A stretch of DNA of 63,847 bases, counting the filler, from Octopus bimaculoides (Eukaryota), in NCBI RefSeq assembly GCF_001194135.2. It is 5 parts of 4 records of this genome, joined end to end, with 100 filler letters (N's around TTAATTAATTAA, not from the genome) between each part and the next. Parts side by side here need not be neighbours in the genome. Positions count along the whole stretch, not along the records: positions 1 to 30,671 come from NC_068983.1; 4 more parts are not named here. One strand, 5' to 3'. Below the pieces are notes generated by a model, which ran no database searches, was not told the origin of the DNA, and saw only the letters and a program-made list of their open reading frames with translations. The translations under genes were made by a program, and so were the position numbers. This document shows positions 1 through 12,574 of this stretch, piece by piece. Position 1 is the first letter of the stretch. Every line of letters begins with the position of its first letter.

Positions 1-834
1 ACATATATGAATTTTTATGTATAACATATAGATATTTATATTAATTTCCAAGTTGGAATTTTTCTGTAATGCGATCTGAAATGTAAGATCTTCTCTACCC
101 TGATTAAGAAGGATAATCCCATCCAATGTTAGTTGCATTCATACGGCCGCATAATGTGATGAACTAAATCTACCAAGATTATTACGGATCGCGGAACCCC
201 AGAAACAGCTGTTGGACTTTAAACACCTTTCTTCCATCCCTTTAATTTTCCCTGTCTTTTGTATTCTGTGAAAGTTGAATCTATTAAGATAAATATATAG
301 ATATTTATACATAAAAATTCATCTGAAAGTTTCCACCTTTTGCTTTCTCTCGTTTTGCATGTTTACATACATACATATTTTGCATTTAATGTATTTAATA
401 TATTTAATATATTTGACGTGTCTAATTTCCTTATCCGCATTATTTCGTCTATACCCACTCTATTTGATCTCTCTTATAACCTCTCTTTACATTGTGAAAT
501 GATTCCTGTAAAGACATCGGAGTCTAAGTTTGAATCTTTTGAGCACTACTAAGTGTCTTTTATACAGAGAATATTTGGATCTCATCTGTGAATTATANNN
601 NNNNNNNTATATATACACACATATATATATATACATATATACAACATGTTTATATACAGTCTCCATCTACCAAATTCACCCACAAAGTATTGGTTATCCC
701 AGGGCTATAGCAGAAGACAATTGCCTATGGTGCTGCGTAGTGGGACTGAACCCGAGAAAACGTGGTCGTGAAACTAACTTCTTAACCACACCGCCATATC
801 TGTGCTTATTGTCAAGTTTATTAAAACCAATCTA

Positions 835-1690
835 ACAAATGTTAGGTTATTCTATGAATTATGTAATAAAGTAGGATCTACTTAGAAAATCTTGCTGTTA
901 CGCTGAAATACTAAATGGCTGCCTTGCAGAAAAGTTCATGGAAGGGTACTGGAGCTTCATGAAGAAATAATGGATTTTCTTTTATCATAAAAATAAATCA
1001 ATTTTCTGACTGAGGGGAGATTTGTGATACATTTATCTTATATCACTGACTTCGTTGATAAAACCATTGCTCTTAACTTGTCCCCCCAAAGATAGCATTC
1101 TCATTCAAATTGATATACTGTTCCTAAAAAATGGAAATATTAGTGAAGAAAATGATATTCTGAATTATGGACAAAGAATTAAGTGTCATTTCTTTCTCTT
1201 CAAGCGTTTTTCAGAAGCCACAGAAATTACAGATTCTACCAGAAATATCTTTCTTGAAGGTAGAGAAAAAGTTTACGATAATTTATTTTTCTGTAGCCTC
1301 AAGAAAGTATAAATGCTTCTGTGAGAACTGAGATAAAAAAAAGAAGTATAATTGGGTAAGGAAGCTGTTTATGTGCAATATTAAAAAAGTTTCGCAAGAG
1401 TTACGAGAAAAATGTATGGATATGAAAATTGATGATACTTTGAAAACGTTTCAGCTTTTTAATTTTCAAAGTTTTTGGAATGAATTTGTTTCTGCTCAAA
1501 TTGCTCAAGGAAAGCAATTTGAGCAGAAACAAATTTCCATTTGGTTCAACGTATTCATATAGAAAAGGTTTTTTCTGTTTTAGCTAGAATAAACACGAAA
1601 TTCAAAAGTCGTCTATACATGGAAGGTGATACGCCACTTGTCTTAAACATTCAGCCCCAAAATGATGCTCTTATCAATAAGCACACCTAG
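835..1690 (+). pseudogene. Decayed hAT (Buster/Charlie-like) transposase, C-terminal half
   Basis: Broken frames give LCNKVGST..LL..TKWLPCRKV..RVLELHEEIMDFLL (cf. HTEVRWLSRGKVL), LSYITDFVDK..ALNLS, and PFGSTY..EKGFSVLARINTKFKSRLYMEG..LNIQP (hAT dimerisation domain). Confidence 0.7.
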
Positions 1691-1960
1691 CGTTATTATA
1701 TGTTTTTATTTCTGTATATATTTTCCTTTCGGTTAAATTATATAAATTGTACTACGTGATTTTTAAATTTCTCCAAAACCATGGCGAAGAAAGAATTATC
1801 TGGATGAAAACTCTATTTTGTATCTCAATAAATGGAGAGGGAAGTGTTGAGTTAGAAAACCGTTGGTTTTGAGTATTTAAAGGTGATGGGTGCCTTTTAA
1901 CTGGTCGTATGATTGGTCACGTGGTTACTCGTGTTATTGATGACGTCCGTTCATATTGAC

Positions 1961-2297
1961 CAAGAGTTCTCAACCATAATTTTATCTATGGATCTCTTTG
2001 ATTACTAATTTATTCTGGTGGTCTCCCATAGTCATTCGATATTTAAAAAGTAGTTTTATAGAAACTTCTATTAAAATTCCTATTTTGTTTTTCACACATT
2101 AACTTGTGTAGGTTGAACTATAAAAAACATTAGAGAAAGAAACCTTGCTGTTTCTTGTGCTACATACATCTGAAGCCAATTTTTTCAAGGGCCTTTAAAA
2201 TACCTTTGTGGATACCCAATTTACTATTTTGTCGCGGGGATCCCCAAAAATCTTATACGGACCTTCAATGGCCATATGGACTCTGAATGAGATCTAC
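1961..2297. mobile_element. hAT-type MITE (degenerate CAGTGGTTCTCAAC-like TIR)
   Basis: Left end caagagttctcaacc; degenerate right end ggactctgaatgagatctac; non-coding interior. Confidence 0.4.
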
Positions 2298-3234
2298 TCA
2301 TACAGACGGACACTACCAGATAATTTAGTCGCGTTGTCGGTACGTGTGATTTTTATGATAGACGTCAACAAGCTGCTCTGCTTTCGGGTAATCAAAAGGT
2401 TGATTAACAGTATCATTGATGGCATTTATTCATTTTGAAAAGAAACAGTAGATAACTTTTCTTTGTTTCAAGCAGTTTGACCACGTGTTAGTGAACGTCT
2501 GCTACTTTTGACAGATTCTGTTTTTGTACACAGATTTAAGAATGTATTGGAATGGCCACTTTTGTGTTTTGAAGAAAGTAGTAGATTTTTTAACAAGAAG
2601 TTAGAATAAGTTCTGTTATTTGAAATGCTTCAACAGGGATCTAGAAATTAGAGATCGAGAGTAATGTCAACTTTATTAATTTGAATTTTTATGGGTTCTT
2701 AGACATGAACAGGCTCTTAGACACATGTCTGCGTTGGCCTTCTCGCCAGAGCAAGCCATCATCACTTATCAGATGAATATAATAAATTAAATGCATTCTA
2801 GGACAACAAAAAAGTGATAGGATCACAGCAAACTGAATTCGTTTTCCGGTCTTTATTCCCACAAATGAGAATGGTAAACAAAAGTATGAACATCGTTGAC
2901 TGCTATTGTGTTATTCCTTAATGGAATTACTGTTTTGCTCCAATGGTAAAAAATAAAAAATAAAAAAGTGGTGTAAATTTCTAAAAAAAGATTTGATTGG
3001 ATGAAACGTACGCATCAAATACTACCCGAATATATATATATATATANNNNNNNNNNNNNNNNNNNNNNNNNNNNNNNNNNNNNNNNNNNNNNNNNNNNNN
3101 NNNNNNNNNNNNNNNNNNNNNNNNNNNNNNNNNNNNNNNNNNNNNNNNNNNNNNNNNNNNNNNNNNNNNNNNNNNNNNNNNNNNNNNNNNNNNNNNNNNN
3201 NNNNNNNNNNNNNNTATATACAGAAGCACAAATA

Positions 3235-3960
3235 AAGGTTACAAACCTCATTCAGGGATAGCAAAATCCTATGAAAGTACTGGTTAATTACCTATACAAA
3301 GAATATTGAACATTACATTTAATATTTAACTGCAAGGTAACTATATAAACTGTGGTTCTTATATATTTATTTATTATAAGATGAGAAAATAGAGAGGTAA
3401 TTAATAAGTTATTATTTATTAATTAAATAATTGACAAACATCTCTTACAGCTGTTTCAATTCCAGACCTTCAGAAAATTAATTAAATTAAAAATTATTTG
3501 AAAGTCGAATCTCTTCAGAGGTTAAAGATATACAAAATAGGTGTTCAATTCCTGCATATTGAGTAAACGGTTGCAAACCGTTAATTCGACTTTCATAATT
3601 TTCTCTATCTTCTTGCATCTCTCTCTTCTTTTCCCCCTCTCACTTTATTTTCTATTTTGTCCTTTTTTTCTTCTTTTCTCTCTCCTTTCTCTAGATTCTT
3701 CGTAGCTCGTTATCTTTCTCTAACCATAGTTTTCTTTCTACTTCTCTCTCAAAATACTTATAAAATACCTCACCATGTACCCAACTCATGATATTAGTTC
3801 TCTGTAACAATACAATAAAGTGTTCTCTGATGATGTGTCTTGGTAAAGCATTCAATTGCACTTGGAATATCTAATGCAAAGTTCCACAAAACCAGAATAA
3901 TGAAATGTATGTAGGAACAAATAATATAACATTGTTTTTAATCGTCATTTCTCCTACATT
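3235..3960. mobile_element. Penelope-like element remnant (pLTR region)
   Basis: Carries the 3441-3521 hammerhead; AT-rich pLTR-like sequence with weak GIY-YIG-like translation near 3850-3930. Confidence 0.4.
3441..3521 (-). ncRNA. Type I hammerhead motif (Penelope-type)
   Basis: Minus: CT-CTGAAGA-GATTC-GACTTTCA...TGAAGGTC-TG-GAATT-GAAAC-AGCT-GTA-AG. Long stem II; stem I is only about 2 bp. Confidence 0.55.
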
Positions 3961-5805
3961 TGGTCTGTATAATATAATTAGTAATACTACTAAATAGTTG
4001 TTTAATAACTATTCTGGAAACAGAGTAGATGATGATGATTTACGTGAATCTCTAGACATAACAGTTACAGCCGTATTTATGCTTGTACACACAAGATACA
4101 CTACGTGTACACATACACGCACGCACACGCGCGCGCACTCATACACACTAATACACACACATACACACACAAGAAAAACTACATATGAATGCACATACAG
4201 CCATCCACACAGACACAGACATACACAAACTAATCTATTGTTAAATCCCTTATTTTATGGGTTGCATCGTTAGTATGTTACGGAATGTATCACATCTAAA
4301 ATGAGGATTAGATTATCATATATATTTGAAATTGGAAAATGTTGCCGATTCTAAGAAGTGGATCACTGCTGAAAATATCCTAATTACTTCAATAAAAAGC
4401 CAAAAAAAAAAAAAATTGAATGTTTGTTAATGCAACTCGAGAAAGATAAGTAATTAATGCTTTAAACAGGATTTTTCGCAATAGATATTTTGATTTCTCC
4501 TCTTGTATTTTTACTGATTAGACCGTTATTCTCTTCGAATTCCGGGTAGTGTCGTTAGATTATTGGAGAGCGACTCACGTCATTTAACTAGACTCTCTCC
4601 GCTCTGAATTCAAATCGTGCTGATGTCAGCATCGCCTTTCATTCGTTCGGGAGTCGATGAAAAAGTGCCAATCCAGGACGGTGTATGGACGAAACTGTAA
4701 CAACGTCAGCCTTGCAGTATTTGCTCTGATTCTATGTATTCAAAATTCAAATCCCGACATGACCTACTTGAGTAATTGGCTTATTCCGTCGTCTGGCTGA
4801 ACACCATCACTTGGCACTTTAAGTGCCTTTAGGGAATCCTCTCTGTTGTAAGGATTTTCAAACAGGTCTCCACCATTCTCGGGGCTTTTGTAAAGAGCCA
4901 TAGGTATTGTCTTCTCTCTTCGCCTCACTAATTCACTACAGGAAACTCATGAATAAAATAACATCGAATAAACTGGAATCTACAGCTGTTGTACATCTAC
5001 TGAGTTTTTAAAAAAATCCGTATTTGGTACGGTACATTTAAATTTGCTAGTATGTTGAATTTAGTCAAGTTTCTAGCAAAAGTACCCTGAGTATAACTTT
5101 ATTTCTTCTCTCCTTCATGCTTTGACGTATAACATCATGTCTATCACAAGATTACTCCTAGAGAATTACTCAACGGTTTTGAACTTTTCAAGTCTTTTGC
5201 GGAATAATTCTGGTTTGAGCACTCAGAACCAAAGAAATCTTTAAAGTACTCTTATTCTCACTAGGGGAGCTTTCAATCTGCACTAGAAAGGAAGAAAACT
5301 CTATCACTGATAGTTTCCTCTTTTCAAGAATAATCTCGGTAAATTTTCTTGATCCAGAACACACCCTTGTACATTACATGGCTTCAGATTTTAAATGACT
5401 TTATTGAACACTTTAAATCTTCAAAAGTGTTAGGATCTTTGTGCGAGTTTTTTTTACTAATGGTCCTAGCCTGTGTCTACTCAAATTAACATTATGAATG
5501 GTGCCTCTTTCAAACTCTATCCACTTTAATTTGTAGCATCGTATCGCTTCTAAACACAAATTTGCTTCCCTATTTAGTTGTCATTGCTTTGAATAGCTAA
5601 CACCTGTACACTCCAAGACAAGTATGAGCTGGTTATGGGGCACCTCCATATCATGTTTTATAGCAGTCATTGGAAGTTGCAATGGAATTTTGATAGACAC
5701 TCGACTTTAGAATCAACTATCTCTCCTAACTTCATCATTCTCAGTCTATGTCTCTGTCCTCCTGTTTCTGTCTCTCTGTCTATATCTTCCTGTCTCTGTC
5801 TCCCA

Positions 5806-5865
<60 letters not shown>

Positions 5866-5875
5866 CTTTCTGACC

Positions 5876-6320
5876 ACCAGTATGGTTTCCAGTTGAGAAG
5901 AATGTCAAATGAGGAAATACCATCTCTCCAAAGCTCTCCTCTGCAGCAGGCCTTAAAATGAATCATATGAAAACAAAATTTATGCGGCCCGAAAGCGTAG
6001 TAGATGGCCAAATAGATATGGAGAACAATGAAATCGTGGAGATGAAGGAGTACGTCTACCTAGGGCACACAGTGAATATCCTCTGTGACATGGATGCCGA
6101 AATTTCGAAGAGAATAAGGTCAGGATGGTAGGCCTTTACCTCAATAAAGAATGTGTTCAATACAAAACTCGACTGAACCAAATGAGACGTGGGCTATTAC
6201 GAAGAGGGAAGAACATCGATTGGCTGCGACGCAAGGAAGCATGGAAAGATCCATGCGAGAAATATCATTGTGAAAGTATATCCGAAATAAAATAATTGGA
6301 GCAGACAGCCTTATTGAGGA
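5876..6320 (+). mobile_element. RTE-clade LINE RT C-terminal fragment
   Basis: GLKMNHMKTKFM...VEMKEYVYLGHTV...DAEISKRIRSGW*AF; ETWAITKREEHRLAATQGSMERSM; contains stops. Confidence 0.75.
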
Positions 6321-6374
6321 TACAACTTATAAATTTAAATCGAAATAAATTTTTACTATGAAAAATCATCTTAC

Positions 6375-6660
6375 TTGTTCTTCAAAAAAAATTTGATATA
6401 TGTAATCAAACGCAATGGATGCAAGGAAGATTGCATTGGACAAACTAAACTCACTTTTAAAATGAATTTAACAATTCATCGTCAACAAATCCAAATACCA
6501 GGACTAAACAAATGCCACTTAGCGAACGTCTGGACACATACGCGAAACCAAATCTCCCAGTTTTTTTTTTGTCTTTCCGCCTCATCAATGTGCATACAAT
6601 ACCACAGATCAAATAAGAAAAATGTGTTTATTAAAAAATACAAATAACGACTGAACAGGC
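6375..6660 (+). mobile_element. Penelope-like GIY-YIG endonuclease fragment
   Basis: NLIYVIKRNGCKEDCIGQTKLTFKMNLTIHRQQI (cf. IYxIxCxxCxxxYIGxT...RxxxH). Confidence 0.65.
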
Positions 6661-7881
6661 GATAAAACATCAGAAATACACGATTCGCTTTTCCTATAAA
6701 TTAATTATTGTATAAATATATTATGTATGTCTACATGTACTCGCTCTTAAGATAGCCAAAATTCATGTAGCAGCCATCTTAGTTACTCGATACCACGTTA
6801 TCTTATCCCGCACCTTGTTAACAAAAAAGGATATATTTTAACATGATCAGTGGGGGTGAGCTAGCACTAATTGATAGCATTATTGTTCTACAGAATAATA
6901 AAGAATAACTATCTATAATACTTTTATGTAAACAGTTATATATTTTTAAATCGAAGTCAAGTTTCAATCTTTATCATTCCTGACATAAAACGAGAGAGAA
7001 AACAGTAATAAATATCATTTGTTCATATCCCTCTTTTCTAACTGTCATACGACATATTCAATGGAGAAAAACTTTTATGTGATTTTCTTATGCGGCTGTC
7101 ACATGAGCTTAACAGATGAACGTCCACCAACCAATTTGTACATTAACAGATAGCATTCTGAGTCATAATCTTTGTATAAAAACAAACAAAAAATTCTATA
7201 ACAACGGCTTGATAAGACATAATTCATGTGAAACCAGTCAAGTGTATTCCTATATTTTAAAATCTAATTAAATTCTAATTAATTCTAATATTTCTTTGTG
7301 CATTTCAACTCTTCACTTCTTATAAGTGTGTGTGTGTGTGTGTATGTGTGTGTGTGTATGTGTGTGTGTGTGTGTGTATGTGTGTACACACACTTACATA
7401 TACGAAGTACGGCCTAGTATTTAAGAAGTTCACATCACCACCACCAGATTCATGGTTCGATGTCACTGCACTGCGTCTTGGGCAAGTGTCATTTTCTAAT
7501 GCCTCGAACTGACCCATACCTTATAAGTGAAATTATGTAGACGGAAACTGTATTAAAGCCAGTCTTATGAATTGTATCAGCAATTCGAAATCAAACTGTG
7601 ACATGCCTTATCCCACCGTGACACGTCACTCACTTCATACATAACTAACACTCTCCACCATTGGTACAAAGCCATACATTTATGGAGAGGGCCTAAGCGA
7701 CTACACTGACACCGGCACTCGATGGTACTTAAATTATCGAACCTAGAAAGAGGCAAATTCCTATCCTGTGGCACAAACTTCAACCTTGAACGTAAGGAAA
7801 CAAAGCTATACACTTCAAAATATTTTGGCACCCTACTAAAACTATCTATATCAGTTTTAATTCTTACATATGTAATCAGGT

Positions 7882-8255
7882 GGTGGCGCAATGGCTCAGT
7901 GGTTAGGGCAGCGGACTCGCGGTCATAGGATCGCGGTTTCGATCCCCAGACCGGGCGTTGTGAGTGTTTATTGAGCGAAAACACCTAAAGCTCCACGAGG
8001 CTGTGGCAGGGGATGGTGGCGAACCCTGCTGTACTCTTTCACCACAACTTACTCTTACTTCCTGTTTCTGTTGTGCCTGTAATTCAAAGGGTCAGCCTTG
8101 TCACACTGTGTCACGCTGAATATCCCTGAGAACCTCGTTAAGGGTACACGTGTCTGTGGAGTGCTCAGCCACTTGCACGTTAATTTCACGAGCAGGCTGT
8201 TCCGTTGATCGGATCAACTGGAACCCTCGACGTCGTAAGCGACGGAGTGCCAACA
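7882..8255 (+). mobile_element. tRNA-derived SINE family 1 (about 375 bp), copy 1
   Basis: A box TGGCTCAGTGG, B box GGTTTCGATCC, tRNA-Arg-like head, 3' GTCG-TAAG-CGAC hairpin and ACA tail; highly similar to the copies at 10414 and 18780. Confidence 0.9.
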
Positions 8256-9081
8256 TGTATTCAGGTATGTATAGGTGAAAGGAATTTTTATTTGAAGGAG
8301 TTCACTCACCACAGATTACTCATATCCATTTTAACAAGCACAGAGTGGACAGGTAAAGATGACTTGCGCAGGATTTGAAATGAGAAGATAAAGGTCTGTA
8401 ACGAAGTACCCCCATAATTTTTGTCTGACACTCTAACATTGATACAACTTCTCATCTACACTTCATGCATAATTCATAACCATTGAGATTGTCGATACGG
8501 AAAGTAATGTGCTAAATTTCTCAATAGACAACATTATGCAATTTAATTTACATTTGTAAATTGCATGAGACTCTTGTTGAGACTCTGTCAAATCAAGCAT
8601 CCTAGTAACAGAACTCAGTAAGAAACAATGGGGAACAAAATAAAACAGAAAGAAACTAAAATGATATATTGTCAACATTACTTGTATTACAACAAAAGAA
8701 CAATGCTTGAAGATAAACTGTTCTTTGTTTTGCGTTAAATTTATTTTTATCTCTTATACTATTTCAAATGACTATTTCATCTCTCTAAACAAGACTACTG
8801 AAGAAAGCGTGATGCTGCTAGCTAAAATTTGAAACAAAATTTACAAGCAGAAAATGAAAAGAAAGTGCAAACACAAAGAGAAAAATAAGAGGCTAATGAT
8901 TATGTACATCATCGGCACATAATAAAATAAAATGTATATGTGTTACATAAAAGAGAATTTTGGAAATCTACTTTGGTGATAAAAAAAAATACGTCATTCG
9001 TCTAATCACATCAGCAAATCTAGCTTAGCATTTACGTTTCGGTGTCGGTTTCCCACTCATATTGATAGAATCTATGTGAAC

Positions 9082-9144
<63 letters not shown>

Positions 9145-9561
9145 NNNNNNNNNNNNNNNNNNNNNNNNNNNNNNNNNNNNNNNNNNNNNNNNNNNNNNNN
9201 NNNNNNNNNNNNNNNNNNNNNNNNNNNNNNNNNNNNNNNNNNNNNNNNNNNNNNNNNNNNNNNNNNNNNNNNNNNNNNNNNNNNNNNNNNNNNNNNNNNN
9301 NNNNNNNNNNNNNNNNNNNNNNNNNNNNNNNNNNNNNNNNNNNNNNNNNNNNNNNNNNNNNNNNNNNNNNNNNNNNNNNNNNNNNNNNNNNNNNNNNNNN
9401 NNNNNNNNNNNNNNNNNNNNNNNNNNNNNNNNNNNNNNNNNNNNNNNNNNNNNNNNNNNNNNNNNNNNNNNNNNNNNNNNNNNNNNNNNNNNNNNNNNNN
9501 NNNNNNNNNNNNNNNNNNNNNNNNNNNNNNNNNATATATATATATATATATATATATATAC

Positions 9562-9718
9562 ACGACGAGCTTCTTTCAGCTTCCATCTACCAAACTCTCA
9601 CATAAGGCTTCGGTCGGCTCGTGGTTATAGTACAAGATACTTGCCTAATATGCTATGCAATGAGACTGAACCTGGAACCATATGGTTGCAAAGCAAACTT
9701 CTTACCATACACCCACAA
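9562..9718 (-). mobile_element. SINE family 2, 5' half (similar pieces at 660-810, 7405-7565, 33941-34095, 41566-41653; 3' piece at 18016-18128)
   Basis: cgacgagcttctttcagcttccatctaccaa...gactgaacctggaacc; abuts a (TA)n tract and a gap. Confidence 0.75.
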
Positions 9719-10149
9719 CACTTTGAGAATTTTTTCTATGCCCATATAATAGAGCTGCTCAACTTATACATATACATTATGCTATTCGCATCGTTATCTT
9801 AATCTAATACTGTTTCTAGTACATGTATTGATTTAATTCTAGCCGGACCGCTCTCATGTAAATTAGTGAATATTTTGTTTACTGATTTCAGTTTCTATAC
9901 CAGAGCAAATATTTTACGGCTTAGCTCAAAATGTCCTAAGGAAGTTCATCACTGAGGAGGTCAAACAGAGTCGAATCAATGTGTCCAACGATCCACCTCC
10001 TGCATCTTAAGCGAACTCCATGTTTTTTTTACACACAAGTGTCTTTCAGAAGTTTTTATCTGAGAATAATAAAAGAACTTGCATCACTCTAAGTTAGTAT
10101 ACACTTTCTAAATATTATGTACATAGTTTTATGTAATACGGTTTGTAGT

Positions 10150-10400
10150 GCATACATACATACATACATACATACATACATACATACATACATACATACA
10201 TACATGCATGCATACATACACACACATAGTACATACATGCACACACATACATGCATGGATGCTGTATACAAACGCACACATATACATACATATACATACA
10301 TATACATACGTACATACATACATACATGAATGCATACATACATACATACATACATACATACATAATACATACATACATACATAATACATACATACATACA
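10150..10400. repeat. (TACA)n-rich complex microsatellite; representative of many (CA)n/(TA)n/(CT)n tracts, most abutting N gaps
   Basis: Direct reading; source of the HTHT/YIYI/CVCV pseudo-ORFs. Confidence 0.95.
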
Positions 10401-10413
10401 TGCATGCATGCAT

Positions 10414-10797
10414 TGTTGTTGGCACTCCGTCGCTTACGACGTCGAGGGTTCCNNNNNNNNNNATCAACGGAACAGCCTGCTCGTGAAATTAACGTGCAAG
10501 TGGCTGAGCACTCCACAGACACGTGTACCCTTAACGTAGTTCTCAGGGATATTCAGCGTGACACAGTGTGACAAGGCTGACCCTTTGAATTACAGGCACA
10601 ACAGGAACAGGAAGTAAGAGTGAGAGAAAGTTGTGGTGGAAGAGTACAGCAGGGTTCGCCACCATCCCCTGCCACAGCCTCGTGGGGCTTTAGGTGTTTT
10701 CGCTCAATAAACACTCACAACGCCCGGTCTGGGAATCGAAACCGCGATTCTATGACCGCAAGTCCGCTGTCCTAACCACTGGGCCATTGCGCCTCCA
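10414..10797 (-). mobile_element. SINE family 1, copy 2
   Basis: Reverse complement of copy 1; flanked by direct repeat TGCATGCATGCAT (10401-13 / 10798-810), a probable TSD. Confidence 0.9.
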
Positions 10798-10839
10798 TGC
10801 ATGCATGCATACATACATACAAACATACATACATATGCA

Positions 10840-11211
10840 GCCAGCACTGTGTGGTTAAAAAGTTCCCCTTGCACCCACGTGGTTTCGGGTTTAGTCCTGC
10901 TGTGCAGCCCCTTGGGAAAGTCTCTTCTCTTATTTGCACGAACCGACGAATGACATGTGAGCGCGCGTGCACATGCGTGTGTATGTCCGAGCGTATGTGC
11001 TTGTCTTAGTTTTTGTCCCCCACACAACCTGATAACTGGTATTGGTTTGTTTATGTCCCCGTAAGCTTGCTGTTCTGCATAAGTGACGATAGAATAAGAA
11101 CCAAACTTTAAAGGAAGAAATACTGAGGACGATTTGTCTGACTAAGTCCTTCAAGGCAATGCCATCTTAAGACTAGTGTTCAATGACTGAAACTAATAAA
11201 AGAATAAAAGA
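10840..11211 (+). mobile_element. SINE family 2, diverged full-length copy
   Basis: Same head/body/tail order as 14020-14473; ends taaaagaataaaaga. Confidence 0.7.
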
Positions 11212-11856
11212 TTTAATACATAAATACATCTCACAGGTGTTCATCACAACGCCCAGGTTCTCCATATCCGTAGACCGACAGTTAAATTCTCAGTATGCTC
11301 AACAGATCATCTTTTGGCCTGTGTGTCACCCTATACAACAGATCTTCTAATGTCCGAAAATATAAGAAACGCGTTAACTTCGTCCTTGAGACTTTTCCTA
11401 CCGGCATAAAAAAATTCTGTTTTTTTATCCTAATTATTTTCCCTAGCTTGCAAATAATATCTCTCTCTCTCTCTNNNNNNNNNNNNNNNNNNNNNNNNNN
11501 NNNNNNNNNNNNNNNNNNNNNNNNNNNNNNNNNNNNNNNNNNNNNNNNNNNNNNNNNNNNNNNNNNNNNNNNNNNNNNNNNNNNNNNNNNNNNNNNNNNN
11601 NNNNNNNNNNNNNNNNNNNNNNNNNNNNNNNNNNNNNNNNNNNNNNNNNNNNNNNNNNNNNNNNNNNNNNNNNNNNNNNNNNNNNNNNNNNNNNNNNNNN
11701 NNNNNNNNNNNNNNNNNNNNNNNNNNNNNNNNNNNNNNNNNNNNNNNNNNNNNNNNNNNNNNNNNNNNNNNNNNNNNNNNNNNNNNNNNNNNNNNNNNNN
11801 NNNNNNNNNNNNNNNNNNNNNNNNNNNNNNNNNNNNNNNNNNNNNNNNNNNNNNNN

Positions 11857-11898
<42 letters not shown>

Positions 11899-12014
11899 TC
11901 ACACACATACTTACACACACATATATGCATGTATGTATGTACTATGTATGTATTGACCGTTGACTGAACACTATTCAATTTTTTTTCTCCGTGTTTTTCT
12001 CCTTGTCTCCGTAT

Positions 12015-12051
12015 TCTTTCTGTTGAAGAGCGTAGCTCGAAACGTCAAAGA
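12015..12051 (+). ncRNA. Minimal hammerhead-like variant (core CUGUUGA, zero-loop helix III)
   Basis: TCTTT-CTGTTGA-A-GAGC-GTA-GCTC-GAAAC-GTC-AAAGA; perfect 5-bp stem I and 4-bp stem II. Confidence 0.45.
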
Positions 12052-12574
12052 CTTTCCGTATTCCCGAGCGTCATACTAATATATACTTTTGTTATTTACA
12101 CCACCTGTCCTCGTCTGTTGTTATTATTTGTATATTCTCCCTAATATATATGTATATCTATATGCATACATGCTTGCATGTATGTATGTATGTATGTATA
12201 TGTTTATGAATATATTAGATGGAGAAGGCATGCTTGAATGATTAAGAAATTTATATTGGTCAATCATGAGATTCAAAGTGTGGTCATAATGTGTAACATT
12301 TTAGAAAAAAAATATCTTGTTAGTGAAACTCAGCAAGTAAAAACTATGTCGAAGCTCGTCAGATAAATATGTATTTGTAATTGAAAAAGTTAGCGTAACC
12401 ACTTACTTTATTCTGATCAGTTAGCATGATGATTATGTTAACGACACAAAAGTTTGTGAAACTCTCCTCCAGTTATACTATAATTCAATATATAAGTGCT
12501 AGATGTTTCTGCGCCGATTGAACAAAAGGAACATGCATCGTCAAAATAGACAGAAGATTACTTTATTATCTTGC

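Noticed and set aside
100-216. CTGATTA...GAAAC-AGCT-GTT hammerhead-like remnant
   Set aside because: G8 is mutated, the triplet is GUU and stem II could not be folded convincingly; at best a dead copy.
1905-1950. Clustered ATTGG, CACGTG and TGACGTC motifs
   Set aside because: Short motifs between transposon relics with no associated gene start; expected by chance.
4760-5450. Possible minus-strand L1/Tx1 RT relic
   Set aside because: Only vague similarity; no diagnostic motif was recovered.
7882-7955. tRNA-like sequences with A/B boxes (also 10725-10797, 18780-18850, 49160-49227)
   Set aside because: They lack a closed acceptor stem and continue into shared SINE bodies; they are SINE heads, not tRNA genes.
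9032-11978. Long ORFs rich in HT/YI/CV/MYVC dipeptides or X (also at 3.0, 20, 24, 30, 50, 58 and 62-63 kb)
   Set aside because: These are translations of microsatellites and N gaps, not proteins.
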